64,000 nucleotides of DNA from Nitrospinales bacterium (GTDB lineage Bacteria; Nitrospinota; Nitrospinia; Nitrospinales; VA-1). The position numbers were made by a program, and so were the translations under genes. Each line of letters opens with the position of its first letter. Position 1 is the stretch's first letter. The notes under the pieces are model-generated. The model was not told the DNA's origin. It was given only the letters and a program-made list of their open reading frames with translations, and did not search any database. This document shows positions 39,098 through 51,965 of the stretch, piece after piece. The DNA is taken from assembly GCA_965223345.1 (NCBI GenBank), contig CBDCWG010000012.1, forward strand, positions 3,136,001-3,200,000, in the 5' to 3' direction.

Positions 39098-39165
39098 TTT
39101 CATCCTGTCCATCCTGTCTCCCAATCTTCTCGCTTTTCTTTGCGCCTTCGCGGCTTTGCGCGAGG
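39098..39165 (-). repeat. CGCAAAG + ACAGGAT modular repeat just 3' of pyrG
   Basis: - strand: cctcgcgcaaagccgcgaaggcgcaaag ... gacaggatggacaggatgaaa. Confidence 0.8.
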
Positions 39166-39182
39166 CCGCTTTTTTTCAGCTT

Positions 39183-41600
<2,418 letters not shown>

Positions 41601-41611
<11 letters not shown>

Positions 41612-43004
41612 GGCGGTGGAACCATCCTTTCCACAGGGTCATGAAAATGATCTTGAGATCGAACCCCAGCGACCAGTTCTTGATGTAGTACAGGTCGCAT
41701 TCGATGCGCTGGTGCAGGCTGGTGTTGCCGCGCCAGCCGTTCACCTGCGCCCAGCCGGTGAGCCCGGCTTTCATTTTCAGCCGCAGCATGTAGTGCGGGA
41801 TCGAATCCTTGAACTCCTTGATGAACACCGGCCGTTCCGGCCGCGGTCCCACGAGACTCATGTCGCCTTTCAGCACGTTGAACAACTGCGGCAGCTCGTC
41901 GAGGCTGGTCTTTCTGAGGAACGCGCCGATCCCGGTGCGGCGGGCGTCGTTCTCACTGGCCCAAACGGGCCCGGTCTCCTTTTCGGCTTCCGGTGGCATG
42001 GAGCGGAACTTGAGCATGGAGAACACCTTCTGGTCGAGCCCCATGCGCTCCTGCCGGTAAAACACCGGTCCTTTGGATGACAGCTTGACCGCACAGGCGA
42101 TCAGCAGCATGAAGGGCGCGGTCACGCAGATCGCGAGCGACGAAAGCACAATGTCCGAGGCGCGCTTGATGACGACGTTCCAGCCGTAGAGCGGCGATTC
42201 CGCGAGGTTGACGATGGGCAGCCCGTCCAGTTCCTCGACACCCGACTGGATGTTCATGTACTTGAACAGATCGGGCACCACCTTCACGTCCACGGTCTCG
42301 CTCTTGAGGTACGACAGCACCGCCTCCAGCTTATCATGGGCCTGAAGCGGCAGAGCGATGAACAACTGGCTCACCTTGTTCTCGGCGATCACGCGAGAGA
42401 GATCTTCATACAGCCCCAACACCGGCGTGTCCGCCACGGTCGTCCCCACCTTGTCCTTGTGGCGCGTGAGAAAGCCGACCACCTGGAATCCGATCTCGGG
42501 ATGCCGGCGCAGCTTTGAGACCACGGTCTGTCCCAGCTCCCCGGCTCCGACGACCAGCACGTTCTGCAGGTCCCAGCCGCGGCCGCGCACCACGGTCAAA
42601 AACCGGCGCACCAGCCAGTGCGAGAGGATCATCAGCGCCGTGACGATCACCCAGAAATACAGGGTCACGATGCGGGAGTAGCTGAACTCGCGGTAAAAGA
42701 AGGTCAGCGCCGTCAGCACCAGCACCGAAAAGGAGGTGACCTTCAGGATCGAGAGGGCCTCGCTCGCGCCCGGCCTGTCGCCGCGCGGACGGTACAGGCC
42801 CAAAGCGCGGATGGTGATCATGAATACGATCCATATGGGAACGAGCGCCTCGACATAACGGGCCAACGGCGGAACTCCCAGCGTCACCGGAAAGATCTGC
42901 AATTCGAACCGGATGAAATACGCCAACAACCAGGAAGAAAGGATGGCCAGACTGTCAGAAACTACCAGGGCGGAAAGAAATAGTTGACCGTGTTTCTTCA
43001 GCAT
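41601..43004 (-). CDS. Undecaprenyl-phosphate glucose phosphotransferase (WcaJ-like)
   Basis: [42 protein letters not shown]. Confidence 0.93.
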
Positions 43005-44155
43005 CGATGTTTCTGAAACCGCTCTTCAATGAAATGCTGAATTCGATCGGAAAAGAGCTGCGTGTCAAATTGAAGTGCGTTGTTTCTGTTGGTTTCGGAT
43101 TGGAACCGCTGCTCGATGGTTTCGAAATGCCTGACGGCGGAGGCGAGCGCTTCGGGAGTCTGCTCGTAGAAATAAACTCCCGTGGGATGGGCTGTTTTTG
43201 CTTCCGGCACTCCGGTTTCCGGCTTCCAGGTCTGGCGGTCCGGAATCACCGTCTCCAAAGCACCCCCCCGCGCCAGAGCGATCACGGGCCGCCCCATGCA
43301 CTGAGCTTCCAGGGGGGTGATGCCGAAATCCTCTTCCCCGCAGAAAATGAAGGCTCTGCACCGGGCATAATAGGAACGAAGTTCGTCCCCCACCTGCCAG
43401 CCCTTAAACTGCACGTTCGGGCCGGCAATTTTCTTCAATTCTTTCGCCATTTGCCCATCACCCACGACGACCAGAGGATATCCCAAACGATTGAAGGCTT
43501 CAACCGCTAAATCCACCCGCTTGTAGGGAGCGAACGCCGAAACGACCAGGAAAAAATCCTCCGGTTCTTCCCCTGTGGGTGTATAAAAATCGCTGTCCAC
43601 CGGACAGTGGATCACAGTGGATTCCCGATTGTAGTATGATTTTATGCGCTTTTGCACGTGGCGGGAAATGGCGATGAATTCATCCACGCCCCGGTTGGAG
43701 CGCACATCCCACCGCCTGAGGGGCGGGGCGATGAGCTTCATGGCCGCGGCGGTCGCGATGCCGCTCGTCCTGACATTGAAATACTCGTCGTACTGGTCCC
43801 AGATGTAGCGCATGGGGGTGTAGCAATACGAAATGTGCAGTGCTCCCCTTGGAACCCGGACCCCTTTCGCCACGCAATGGCTGCTGCTCAATATCAGGTC
43901 GTGCCCTGTCAAATCGAGCGACCGGATCGCCCAGAGCATCAGAGGCAGGTATTGCCGGTAACGGGATTCGATTGCAGGAAAGGATTGTAGGAAGCTGGTG
44001 TGGATCCTGCGGGATTCGATCAGGGGGGACAGCTTGCCGGGGATGTGGAGAAGCGTGAACAGGTCGGCGTCCGGATACAACCGGCAGAAGACTTCGAGGC
44101 AGTTCTCGCCTCCCCGCATGCCTGTCAGCCAATCGTGGACAATCGCGACTTTCAT
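42998..44155 (-). CDS. Glycosyltransferase family 4 (WbaZ-like)
   Basis: HDWLTGMRGGE, YCYTPMRY.W, EEDFGITPLEA. Confidence 0.92.
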   Translation of the reverse strand: MKVAIVHDWLTGMRGGENCLEVFCRLYPDADLFTLLHIPGKLSPLIESRRIHTSFLQSFPAIESRYRQYLPLMLWAIRSLDLTGHDLILSSSHCVAKGVRVPRGALHISYCYTPMRYIWDQYDEYFNVRTSGIATAAAMKLIAPPLRRWDVRSNRGVDEFIAISRHVQKRIKSYYNRESTVIHCPVDSDFYTPTGEEPEDFFLVVSAFAPYKRVDLAVEAFNRLGYPLVVVGDGQMAKELKKIAGPNVQFKGWQVGDELRSYYARCRAFIFCGEEDFGITPLEAQCMGRPVIALARGGALETVIPDRQTWKPETGVPEAKTAHPTGVYFYEQTPEALASAVRHFETIEQRFQSETNRNNALQFDTQLFSDRIQHFIEERFQKHRC

Positions 44156-44206
44156 CTGGGAGAGCGACCTCTCCCCTGGGAACGTGACTGCGGAAAAACC
44201 GCGAGA

Positions 44207-45148
44207 TCACTGAATTTCATTCAACTGGGACAGGATCTTGCCGCGCACGTCCGCGGGCGGGTTGTACTTCAGCGCGGTTTCCAGAACGTCCACGGCGCGG
44301 CTGGACTCGCCTTTCTTGTAGTAGCTGACACCCATCATGAGGCGCGAATCGTGCGCCTTGTTGCCGTTGGGATACTGGTTGAGCAGGGTGTCGAACTGCT
44401 TGATGGCGTCGTCGTACATTTCCAGCTTCACGTAGTTGCTGCCGATCCAGTACAGGATGTTGTCCTTCAGGCTGGCGGGCGGATTGCTGAGGGCGAAATT
44501 CTGGAACAGCAGGATGGATTCGTCGTAATTGCCGCTGTTGTAGGCCGCGAGCGCCTGCTTGTATTCCGGGGGCGTTCCGCTGCCGGATGCACCGGAAGGC
44601 TTGCGCGACATGCCGCGCGTTTTCGCGGGGCCACCCCGGCCGGATTTGAGGCCGCTGATCTCGTCGTTGAGCATGGCCACCTGGCGTTTCAACTCCTCCA
44701 CCTCCGGTTCGAGAAATTCCGACTGGCTGGAAGCGGCGGACAGGCTGCCTTCCAGACGCTCCTGGGTGGCGCTGACCTTGGGCTCCAGCGTGATGAGGAT
44801 TTCCTCCAGCTCCCGGACCTTGCTGATCAGGGCTTCCTGCTGGGATTGCAGGCTCTGCACGTCGCCTTTCAGCTCATTGGCGTCGGCTGCGGGATCGAGG
44901 CTGGAAAAACCGCTGTCGCCGCCGCCGCTGTCGATCAGCGAACTGTCCTCCGCAAAAAATTCGTCCTCGGACGAGGTGCTGGCTTTTTGCAGATTCTGCT
45001 CGTCTTCAAAGGGGAAATCCTCTTCGAAGGCCAGGTCTTCCTCGTCGTCGTCGCCGATCCAGGGAATGTAGCTGCAACCGTTCAGGACCAGGGGTGAGAC
45101 CACAAGGAAAATCGTCAGAAATTTCAGCAAAGTCTTTTTTGCGGACAT
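44207..45148 (-). CDS. CpoB/YbgF-like TPR lipoprotein
   Basis: Lipobox LNGC, coiled coil, C-terminal TPR (YWIG, YP.GNK..D). Confidence 0.8.
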   Translation of the reverse strand: MSAKKTLLKFLTIFLVVSPLVLNGCSYIPWIGDDDEEDLAFEEDFPFEDEQNLQKASTSSEDEFFAEDSSLIDSGGGDSGFSSLDPAADANELKGDVQSLQSQQEALISKVRELEEILITLEPKVSATQERLEGSLSAASSQSEFLEPEVEELKRQVAMLNDEISGLKSGRGGPAKTRGMSRKPSGASGSGTPPEYKQALAAYNSGNYDESILLFQNFALSNPPASLKDNILYWIGSNYVKLEMYDDAIKQFDTLLNQYPNGNKAHDSRLMMGVSYYKKGESSRAVDVLETALKYNPPADVRGKILSQLNEIQ

Positions 45149-45361
45149 ACGTTTCTCCCTCAATTTTGGGAACGACACTTAATAACCCTTAAGATTCAAA
45201 GGATTATATTGAGAGGTTGTTTGCCTGTCAACACAAATAACCCACCTGTGATTTCAGCTTACTCATTTTTTATCAAGGATTTCAAGAGATCTTTCGCTCC
45301 TTTGTTACAATTTAAATCTCCTTACAACAAATTCAATACCTATTTTTTAAAAGCAAAATTT

Positions 45362-46531
45362 TCAGACCGTTAGCGTTTTTTTTCGATTCAATTCGACGAG
45401 TCGCGCCAATTCGCGCGTCACCGTGTCGATTTGTGCTTCGTGGTTGTCTTTTCCGAGGCTCACACGCAAAGAACCTTCGATCGACCCGGCTGCGACGCCC
45501 ATCGCTTCCAGCACATGCGAGGGCTGCCCCGATCCGGAGCTGCACGCCGAGCCGGTGGAGACGGAAATGCCGCCGGTATCGAGACCGATCATCAACGCCT
45601 CGCCGGAAGCGCCGGGGATGGAAAACCCGAGCGTGTTGGGCAGCCGGTGCCGGGGGTCGCCCCACAACTCGACGCCGGGAACGGTTGTGGAAATGGCGTC
45701 CCAGAAGCGGTCGCGCAGGGCGCGCATGCGCTCGGGCTCGCCGTCTGCGATGCGCCGGGCGGCGAGTTCACAGGCTTTGCCGAATCCGACGATGCCCGGC
45801 ACGTTCTCGGTGCCGCCGCGGCGCTTTTTCTCCTGGTTGCCGCCGCTGATCGGGGAATAGACGGGAGGCAGCCCCTTGCGCATGAACAAGGCGCCGGTGC
45901 CTTTGGGACCGTAGAGTTTGTGCGAAGAAATCGACAGAAAATCCACCGGCAGCGCCCCGGCATCGACGGGAATCTTGCCCACGCTCTGCACCGCATCGCA
46001 ATGAAACAGCGCCCCGCCCTGCCGCGCGATGCTCCCCAGGGTTTCGATGTCCTGCAGCGTGCCCACCTCGCTGTTGGCGTGCTGGATGCTGACGAGAATG
46101 GTGGAATCGGTCATCGCACGCTTTAAATCTTCGGGGTCGATGCGGCCCTGCCCGTCCACCGGCAGAAACGTCAGCGAAAAGCCAAGCGATTGCAGTTGAC
46201 GGCAGGGGTTCAACACCGCGGGGTGTTCGAGGGCGCTGGTGACGATGTGCCGCTCCTTGTCCTTGAGCGCCAGGGCCGTGCCCAGCAGGGCGAAATTGTT
46301 CGATTCGGTGCCGCCGCTGGTGAACAGGATCTCCGCCGGATGCGCGCCGATCAGCCCCGCGACCTGCTCGCGCGCTTCGTCCAGGCGCACCCGCGCCCGG
46401 CGGCCCTCGAAATGAATGCTGGAGGGATTGCCGAACTCCGCCTCGAGCAAAGGCAGCATGGCCGCACGCACCTCGGGATCCAGCGGCGTGGTGGCATTGT
46501 GATCGAGATAGATTCGCTTCGTTGCGGACAA
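45362..46531 (-). CDS. Cysteine desulfurase (IscS/NifS class)
   Basis: YLDHNATT, FTSGGTE, SSHKLYGPKG, STGSACSS; TTG start. Confidence 0.95.
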   Translation of the reverse strand: MSATKRIYLDHNATTPLDPEVRAAMLPLLEAEFGNPSSIHFEGRRARVRLDEAREQVAGLIGAHPAEILFTSGGTESNNFALLGTALALKDKERHIVTSALEHPAVLNPCRQLQSLGFSLTFLPVDGQGRIDPEDLKRAMTDSTILVSIQHANSEVGTLQDIETLGSIARQGGALFHCDAVQSVGKIPVDAGALPVDFLSISSHKLYGPKGTGALFMRKGLPPVYSPISGGNQEKKRRGGTENVPGIVGFGKACELAARRIADGEPERMRALRDRFWDAISTTVPGVELWGDPRHRLPNTLGFSIPGASGEALMIGLDTGGISVSTGSACSSGSGQPSHVLEAMGVAAGSIEGSLRVSLGKDNHEAQIDTVTRELARLVELNRKKTLTV

Positions 46532-46636
46532 AACGCATCTCCGTTTCGCCGTCTGCAAACGGCGGTCGCGGTCCTGCGCACTCGGTGCGGAAAACCCGCG
46601 CCGCATGCCAACGGACCGCTCATTGGGGAAGCAGGC

Positions 46637-47302
46637 TCAGACGATGTCTTTCTGCTCTTTCAGGGCGTCCTTCAACGCCCGGATTTCTTTTTCCATCTGG
46701 GGAATGCGTTCGAGCATGCATTCGATCGCGCGCGCGACCGGGTCGGGAAAGGACTCGAGCCCCTCGTCGCTTTCCTGCTCGGAAGAGATGCCGGAAAAGA
46801 CCACACGGCCGGGCACGCCGATGACGGTGGAGTATTCGGGAACGTCCTGCAGCACCACCGAACCGGAACCGATCTTGGTGTTTTCTCCGATCGTCACCGG
46901 GCCGAGCACCTGCGCGCCGGCGCCGATCACCACATTGTCGCCCACCGTGGGGTGGCGCTTGCCCTTTTTCATGCTCAGGCCCCCCAGGGTAACGCCGTGG
47001 TAGATGAAGACGTTGTCGCCCACTTCGGAGGTCTCGCCGATCACCACTCCCATCCCGTGGTCGATGAAAAAACGCCGGCCGATTTTGGCGGCGGGATGGA
47101 TTTCGATGCCGGTGATCCAGCGGAAAAAATAGGACACCAGCCGGCCCAGCAGCTGCAGGTTGTGGTTCCACATCCAATGGGAAAACCGGTAGGCGATCAG
47201 CGCGTGCACGCCCGGATAGCAGATCATCACTTCCAGAACATTGCGTGCGGCCGGGTCCTTTTCCAAAGCGATCCGGACATCTTCTTTGATCTGATCGAAC
47301 AT
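46637..47302 (-). CDS. cysE: Serine O-acetyltransferase
   Basis: [24 protein letters not shown] hexapeptide repeats. Confidence 0.97.
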   Translation of the reverse strand: MFDQIKEDVRIALEKDPAARNVLEVMICYPGVHALIAYRFSHWMWNHNLQLLGRLVSYFFRWITGIEIHPAAKIGRRFFIDHGMGVVIGETSEVGDNVFIYHGVTLGGLSMKKGKRHPTVGDNVVIGAGAQVLGPVTIGENTKIGSGSVVLQDVPEYSTVIGVPGRVVFSGISSEQESDEGLESFPDPVARAIECMLERIPQMEKEIRALKDALKEQKDIV

Positions 47303-47398
47303 GGCGCGTTCCAGGGGATAGGGAAGTAACTATTTGTAAATTTTATTATATAAATCCCCACATTCCAACCGCAAACCGCGAAACCGCCTGTGAAAAGC

Positions 47399-47428
47399 AA
47401 AAAGGCGGCCGGGGGCGGGCCGCCTTTT
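47399..47428. terminator. Bidirectional-type terminator
   Basis: aaaaggcggcc ... ggccgcctttt. Confidence 0.7.
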
Positions 47429-47478
47429 CATTATCCTTCTCCACTTGAAAACCGGCCGTTCAGAGACGGCGCCGGCGT

Positions 47479-47877
47479 TCAATTGATCACATTGTGCCCA
47501 CGCTGGCGCATGCAGTTTATATACGAACGCTTGTACTGGTCTTCCGCTCCAAGCCCGCCTCGCGCGCCTCCGCTGACTCCGCCTGCGGCCGCACCGATGG
47601 CGGCTCCCCGGCCGGGAGACCCGACGGCGGCTCCGATGATCGCGCCGCCCACCGCGCCGATCGCACCGCCCACCAGAGCGCCTTTGCCGGTTTCAGCGCC
47701 GGTCCCGCCGGACGCGCTTTTGGCCAACTGCCGGCATTGCACCAGATCGCGGTCGATGTTTCCGGCATTGGGATCGTTGTAGGGATCCACCGTGGGCGTC
47801 CAGCCGCCCTGCGAAGCGCAGCCCGAAACGGCAAACGCCAAGAGCAACAACGCCAATGAGGCCATTTTTTTGGTCAT
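47479..47877 (-). CDS. Glycine-zipper lipoprotein (copy 2)
   Basis: Lipobox VSGC; GALVGGAIGA zipper; CMR.RGH.V. Confidence 0.88.
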   Translation of the reverse strand: MTKKMASLALLLLAFAVSGCASQGGWTPTVDPYNDPNAGNIDRDLVQCRQLAKSASGGTGAETGKGALVGGAIGAVGGAIIGAAVGSPGRGAAIGAAAGGVSGGARGGLGAEDQYKRSYINCMRQRGHNVIN

Positions 47878-47908
47878 GGAACGACTCCTGAATGAGTGAC
47901 TTCGAGGG

Positions 47909-48304
47909 TTAATTGAGGACGTTGTGTCCCCGGTTGCGCATGCAGTTGATGTAGGCTCGCTTGTAGGTTTCCTCCGCGCCGAATCCCTGCTTCACCGCGC
48001 CGCCGACGCCACCCGCTGCCGCGCCCACCGCCGCGCCGAGACCGGGAGAACCGGCCGCCGCACCGATCGCCGCGCCTCCGGCGGCTCCGATCGCGCCGCC
48101 CACCAGAGCGCCCTTGCCGGTTTCAGCGGCGACATTGCCCGCAGTGCTGTGCGCCAGTTGCCGGCACTGCAGCTGATCGCGCTGGATGAATCCTGCGTTC
48201 GGGTCGTTGTAGGGATCCACCGTGGGCGTCCAGCCGCTCTGCGAAGCGCAGCCGGTGAAAACCAGGGCGAATACAGCCAAAGTGATTCGGTTTGCAATAG
48301 GCAT
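47909..48304 (-). CDS. Glycine-zipper lipoprotein (copy 1)
   Basis: Lipobox FTGC; tandem paralogue; AAAGGAGG RBS before ATG 48304. Confidence 0.88.
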   Translation of the reverse strand: MPIANRITLAVFALVFTGCASQSGWTPTVDPYNDPNAGFIQRDQLQCRQLAHSTAGNVAAETGKGALVGGAIGAAGGAAIGAAAGSPGLGAAVGAAAGGVGGAVKQGFGAEETYKRAYINCMRNRGHNVLN

Positions 48305-48580
48305 GTCTGCCTCCTTTCTAAAACCCATCCGGGACCGTTGGATGTCGTCAAAATTCCGCACCGGGGCCGCTGGCCTCGATCGGTCTGTCGCTCAGCGGTC
48401 CAGAGCCTTACAAGGGTTCCCGTGTCGGCGCCGTGCCTGCAATTCCCTCTTATTATTCAACCTACCAACTCCCCTGAACATTTACAAGCAAATTTAATCA
48501 TAAATTTATACATATTAAGGACAGCAAATCAAACGCTTCCGGGCCCTGTGACCGCCCTCTCAAAAACAAGCCGCTCCCGG

Positions 48581-49363
48581 TCAAAGCAGTTTGCCCGCAT
48601 CGCTGGATTGCTGGTACTGCAGCAGCACCTCGTCCTGGGTTTCCTTGTCGGCGGACTTGTAGATGCGAATGGTGTCGAAGTGCTTGCCCTGCTGGATGCG
48701 CAATAGCTTGAGTCGCATCAATTCGAGCAGGGCGAGGAACGTGACGATCACCTCCTGCTTCCGGTGCAGGACTGTGAACAGCGATTCAAAGGTAATGGTT
48801 TCGGCGGCGTTGAGGATCTCCAGGATGTGCTCGATGCGGTCGGGCACGGAACAATGAACGATCTTGATCTCGTAATCTTTTTTGAATTCCTTGTTCTTGA
48901 GAATGTTCTGGAAGGCGTTCAACAGGTCGAACACGTTGGCCTCGACCATCACCTCGCCGTTGTCGCTTTCCTCCACCTCCAGATCGCTGCCGCGCAGAAA
49001 CACCTGCTGGCGGTCGTGTTCCTTGATCCGCAGCTCGAACGCCGCATCCTTGAAGCGCTGGTATTCCAGAAGGCGGCGCGTCAGGTCGGCGCGCGGATCG
49101 ACGCCCTCTTCCCCGTCCTCGCCGTCGGTTTCCTGAACCGGCAGCAGCACACGCGATTTGATGCGCGTCAACTCGGCGGCCATGACCAGGTACTCGCCCG
49201 CGACTTCCAGGTTGAGCTCCTGCATGAGATCGAGATAGCCGATGTACTGCTGGGTGATCTCCGCGACGGGGATGTCGTGGATGTCCATTTTCTGCTCGCG
49301 GATCAGATGCAGCAACAGATCGAGCGGCCCTTCAAAGATGTCGATTTTGCATTGGTAGTTCAT
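48581..49363 (-). CDS. scpA: Segregation and condensation protein A
   Basis: FEGPLDLLLHLI, EYLVMAA.L..IKSR.LLP, VTFLALLEL. Confidence 0.95.
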   Translation of the reverse strand: MNYQCKIDIFEGPLDLLLHLIREQKMDIHDIPVAEITQQYIGYLDLMQELNLEVAGEYLVMAAELTRIKSRVLLPVQETDGEDGEEGVDPRADLTRRLLEYQRFKDAAFELRIKEHDRQQVFLRGSDLEVEESDNGEVMVEANVFDLLNAFQNILKNKEFKKDYEIKIVHCSVPDRIEHILEILNAAETITFESLFTVLHRKQEVIVTFLALLELMRLKLLRIQQGKHFDTIRIYKSADKETQDEVLLQYQQSSDAGKLL

Positions 49364-49542
49364 GGTCGGCCTGGTCGGTTTGGGAACGGGAACGCGTGTG
49401 AGCCCGGTTCGATGTGCGGGGAGCGTAACGACTCACGTGAAAGGACGGCTCGGATTGCGATGCCTTGTGCATGCAAAGGCATCTTTAAAAATTTATCATT
49501 TTTGCCGGCAGAATACAGCTTAAAAAATTGAAACGGCAGGGA

Positions 49543-50280
49543 TCACAGATCGCCCCAGCGCTGCTGCAGCAAAGACAGGGCCACCACCGGCGCGGTCTCG
49601 GCGCGCAGAATCCGCGGCCCCAGGCTCACCGCTTCGAAACCGCAGGCGCGGGCGGTTTCCACCTCGCGCGCCTGAAAGCCGCCCTCCGGCCCAGTCAGGC
49701 AGGCGATGGATGAAGGGGGCGATGGCGCCGCACAATCGCTGAGGCGGTGCTGCGTTTCCTCTTCCCAGAAGATCAGTTTGAGATCGGCATCCTCGTGTTC
49801 CTTGCAGAACGCTTCCACCGATTGAATTTTGGATTGCACTTCGGGGACCTGAGAGCGGCCGGACTGTTTCGCCGCCTCGCGGGCGATGCGCCGCCAGCGC
49901 TGGATTTTTTTCGCCTCTTCGGTGCGCAGCACTTTGACGACGCAGCGTTGCGCCCTTATGGGCGTGACCGCAACCGCCCCCAGCTCCACGGACTTTCTCA
50001 GCACCGTGTCGAATTTGTTGCCCTTGAGCAGCGCCTGGCCGATGTGGATGGCAACGGGGGATTCGGTGCGCGCGGGCGCTTGCGCTTCGATGCGGCCGGT
50101 GACCTGTCTGGCCGCGACGCCGGTCAGCCGGACCTCGAAGCGGCTGCCTTTGCCGTCCAGCACCTGCACGGTGTCGCCGGATTTGAGCCGGAGCACGGTG
50201 CGGATGTGGGCGACGTCCGATCCGCGCAGGGTGATCGTGTCGCCGCTGATGTCCTCGGGGCGCACGAAAAACCGGTGCAT
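49543..50280 (-). CDS. rsmE: 16S rRNA m3U1498 methyltransferase
   Basis: HI..VLRL, K.VELG, GPEGG, LGPRILRAETA. Confidence 0.96.
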   Translation of the reverse strand: MHRFFVRPEDISGDTITLRGSDVAHIRTVLRLKSGDTVQVLDGKGSRFEVRLTGVAARQVTGRIEAQAPARTESPVAIHIGQALLKGNKFDTVLRKSVELGAVAVTPIRAQRCVVKVLRTEEAKKIQRWRRIAREAAKQSGRSQVPEVQSKIQSVEAFCKEHEDADLKLIFWEEETQHRLSDCAAPSPPSSIACLTGPEGGFQAREVETARACGFEAVSLGPRILRAETAPVVALSLLQQRWGDL

Positions 50281-50284
50281 CGCT

Positions 50285-51004
50285 TCACACCCGGATGGAA
50301 ACGATGTCCAGCAGTTCGGTCAGGGATTGGAATTCGTAGTCGGGGTGGTCCTGCTGCCCGCGCGTCTGGCCCTTGCGGTTGATCCACGCGGCCTGCATGC
50401 CGGCGTTCTGCGCGCCGGCCACATCGTTGCGCAGCTGGTCGCCGACGTAGAGGATGTCCTTCGCCTCGAGTCCGAGAAACCCGACGGCCGCTTCGAAAAT
50501 GGAAGGATGCGGTTTGCGGAACGGCATTTCGGAGGAGAAGATGGAAAAAGCGAAATAGGGATTCACGCCGCTGCATTCCTGCTCCAGCCGCTTGATGAAA
50601 CCGGGGTTGGTGGTGTTGGAGATGACGCCCATCGGGATTCCCGCCGCCTTGAGCCCCTCCAGCGTGGGCATGACATCGGGGAACAGCCGGCGCACCGAGT
50701 ACACTTCCTCGTAGTAGATTTCGAGGATCTCCCGTTCCGTGGTTTTTCCGGCGATGTCGATGGCATAGTGCAGGATCAGCAGATGCAGCACGTCGGCGAA
50801 GCAGGCTTCGCGGTGGTTCTTGCGCGATTCCTCGATCATCTTGTAGAACAGCGTGCGGTACAGGTCGTAGGCGCTGTCAAAATCCGGCACCACCACGTCC
50901 TTGTTGCGCAAAAATTCGAACATGCGCCGAAAGGGTCTGCGGTCGTCCTCATCGACCAGATCGGCGAGTGTCCACGCCCAGTCAAAAACCACAGCTTTGA
51001 TCAA
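50285..51004 (-). CDS. HAD-superfamily hydrolase
   Basis: VFD...TL, ISN, RKPHPSIF, YVGD...DV.GA. Confidence 0.9.
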   Translation of the reverse strand: MIKAVVFDWAWTLADLVDEDDRRPFRRMFEFLRNKDVVVPDFDSAYDLYRTLFYKMIEESRKNHREACFADVLHLLILHYAIDIAGKTTEREILEIYYEEVYSVRRLFPDVMPTLEGLKAAGIPMGVISNTTNPGFIKRLEQECSGVNPYFAFSIFSSEMPFRKPHPSIFEAAVGFLGLEAKDILYVGDQLRNDVAGAQNAGMQAAWINRKGQTRGQQDHPDYEFQSLTELLDIVSIRV

Positions 51005-51345
51005 TTGTCTTGCCCCCGCATTAGAATGTTTATTTTGTTATTCGGCTCTCCGGGAGCCGGGTGAAGGCAACCCGATGGATTGAAGGCTTAACCGTATAGT
51101 TCTTAAAAGGTTATGCGGCCCCTGTGCGGAAGGGAGCCTCCAAATGCGGCGCATCGCCAGCCAGGGAAGGATTTTTTTCGCAGCAGCACTCGATGGCCCT
51201 TGCCATGACCTGGGATACGAAGTACGATCACAGAACATCTCGATCACCATCGCACCCGCTAGTTGCATGATAAAATAGATTTTCCGATCCGGGAAATAAA
51301 AAATTCAATCTGCAGGGTTTCAGGCCGCAAACGCCGGGAACGGTC

Positions 51346-51891
51346 ATGGAAACGGATATTCCCAATATAAGAAGGCTGCCTCTGAGTGCCCAGAACCATC
51401 AGCAGATGATTCAGGACGCGATGGAGCGGGGCTGCGCCCGGGCCAAGATCATCGAGATCGGCAGTGTGGCGATCCGGCCCTGGGTGAAACTGCATTGCCA
51501 GTACGGATGCCCGAACTACGGCCGCATCCTCACCTGTCCGCCGTTCACCCCCCACTCCGACGAAATGGCGGAAATCCTCCTCGATTACCGCAAGGCCATC
51601 CTCATCCACACGCAGCCGGAAGCGAATCTGCGGGAAATCGTGATCGGCCTCGAAGGCAGCTGCAAAACCCGCGGTTTTTTCAAGGCTTTCGCATTGTGCT
51701 CCGGCCCCTGCAACGTGTGCGAGGAATGCACGGTGGACACGCTGTGCAAGTATCCCGAGAAGACCCGCCCCACCCTGCAGGCCTGCGGTATTGACGTGCA
51801 CAGCACGGTGTCCAATAATGGGTGGGGGGATCTGCAGAATCTGACCCCCTGCGGCCAGGAAAACAACATCGGCATGGTTCTGCTCGACTGA
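51346..51891 (+). CDS. DUF2284 family predicted metal-binding protein
   Basis: CQYGCPNYG...CPP, GPCNVCEEC, RP...ACGIDV. Confidence 0.88.
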   Translation: METDIPNIRRLPLSAQNHQQMIQDAMERGCARAKIIEIGSVAIRPWVKLHCQYGCPNYGRILTCPPFTPHSDEMAEILLDYRKAILIHTQPEANLREIVIGLEGSCKTRGFFKAFALCSGPCNVCEECTVDTLCKYPEKTRPTLQACGIDVHSTVSNNGWGDLQNLTPCGQENNIGMVLLD

Positions 51892-51965
51892 GCGCACCGT
51901 TCGTTCCCTCCGCTCAATCCATCTGTCCAGCATTCGAATTATCATCTATCAGTGAAAGTGAATTC

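Noticed and set aside
51040..51270. Possible ncRNA or small ORF between the HAD and DUF2284 genes
   Set aside because: No SRP, 6S or riboswitch consensus recognised; the short ORF has no convincing features
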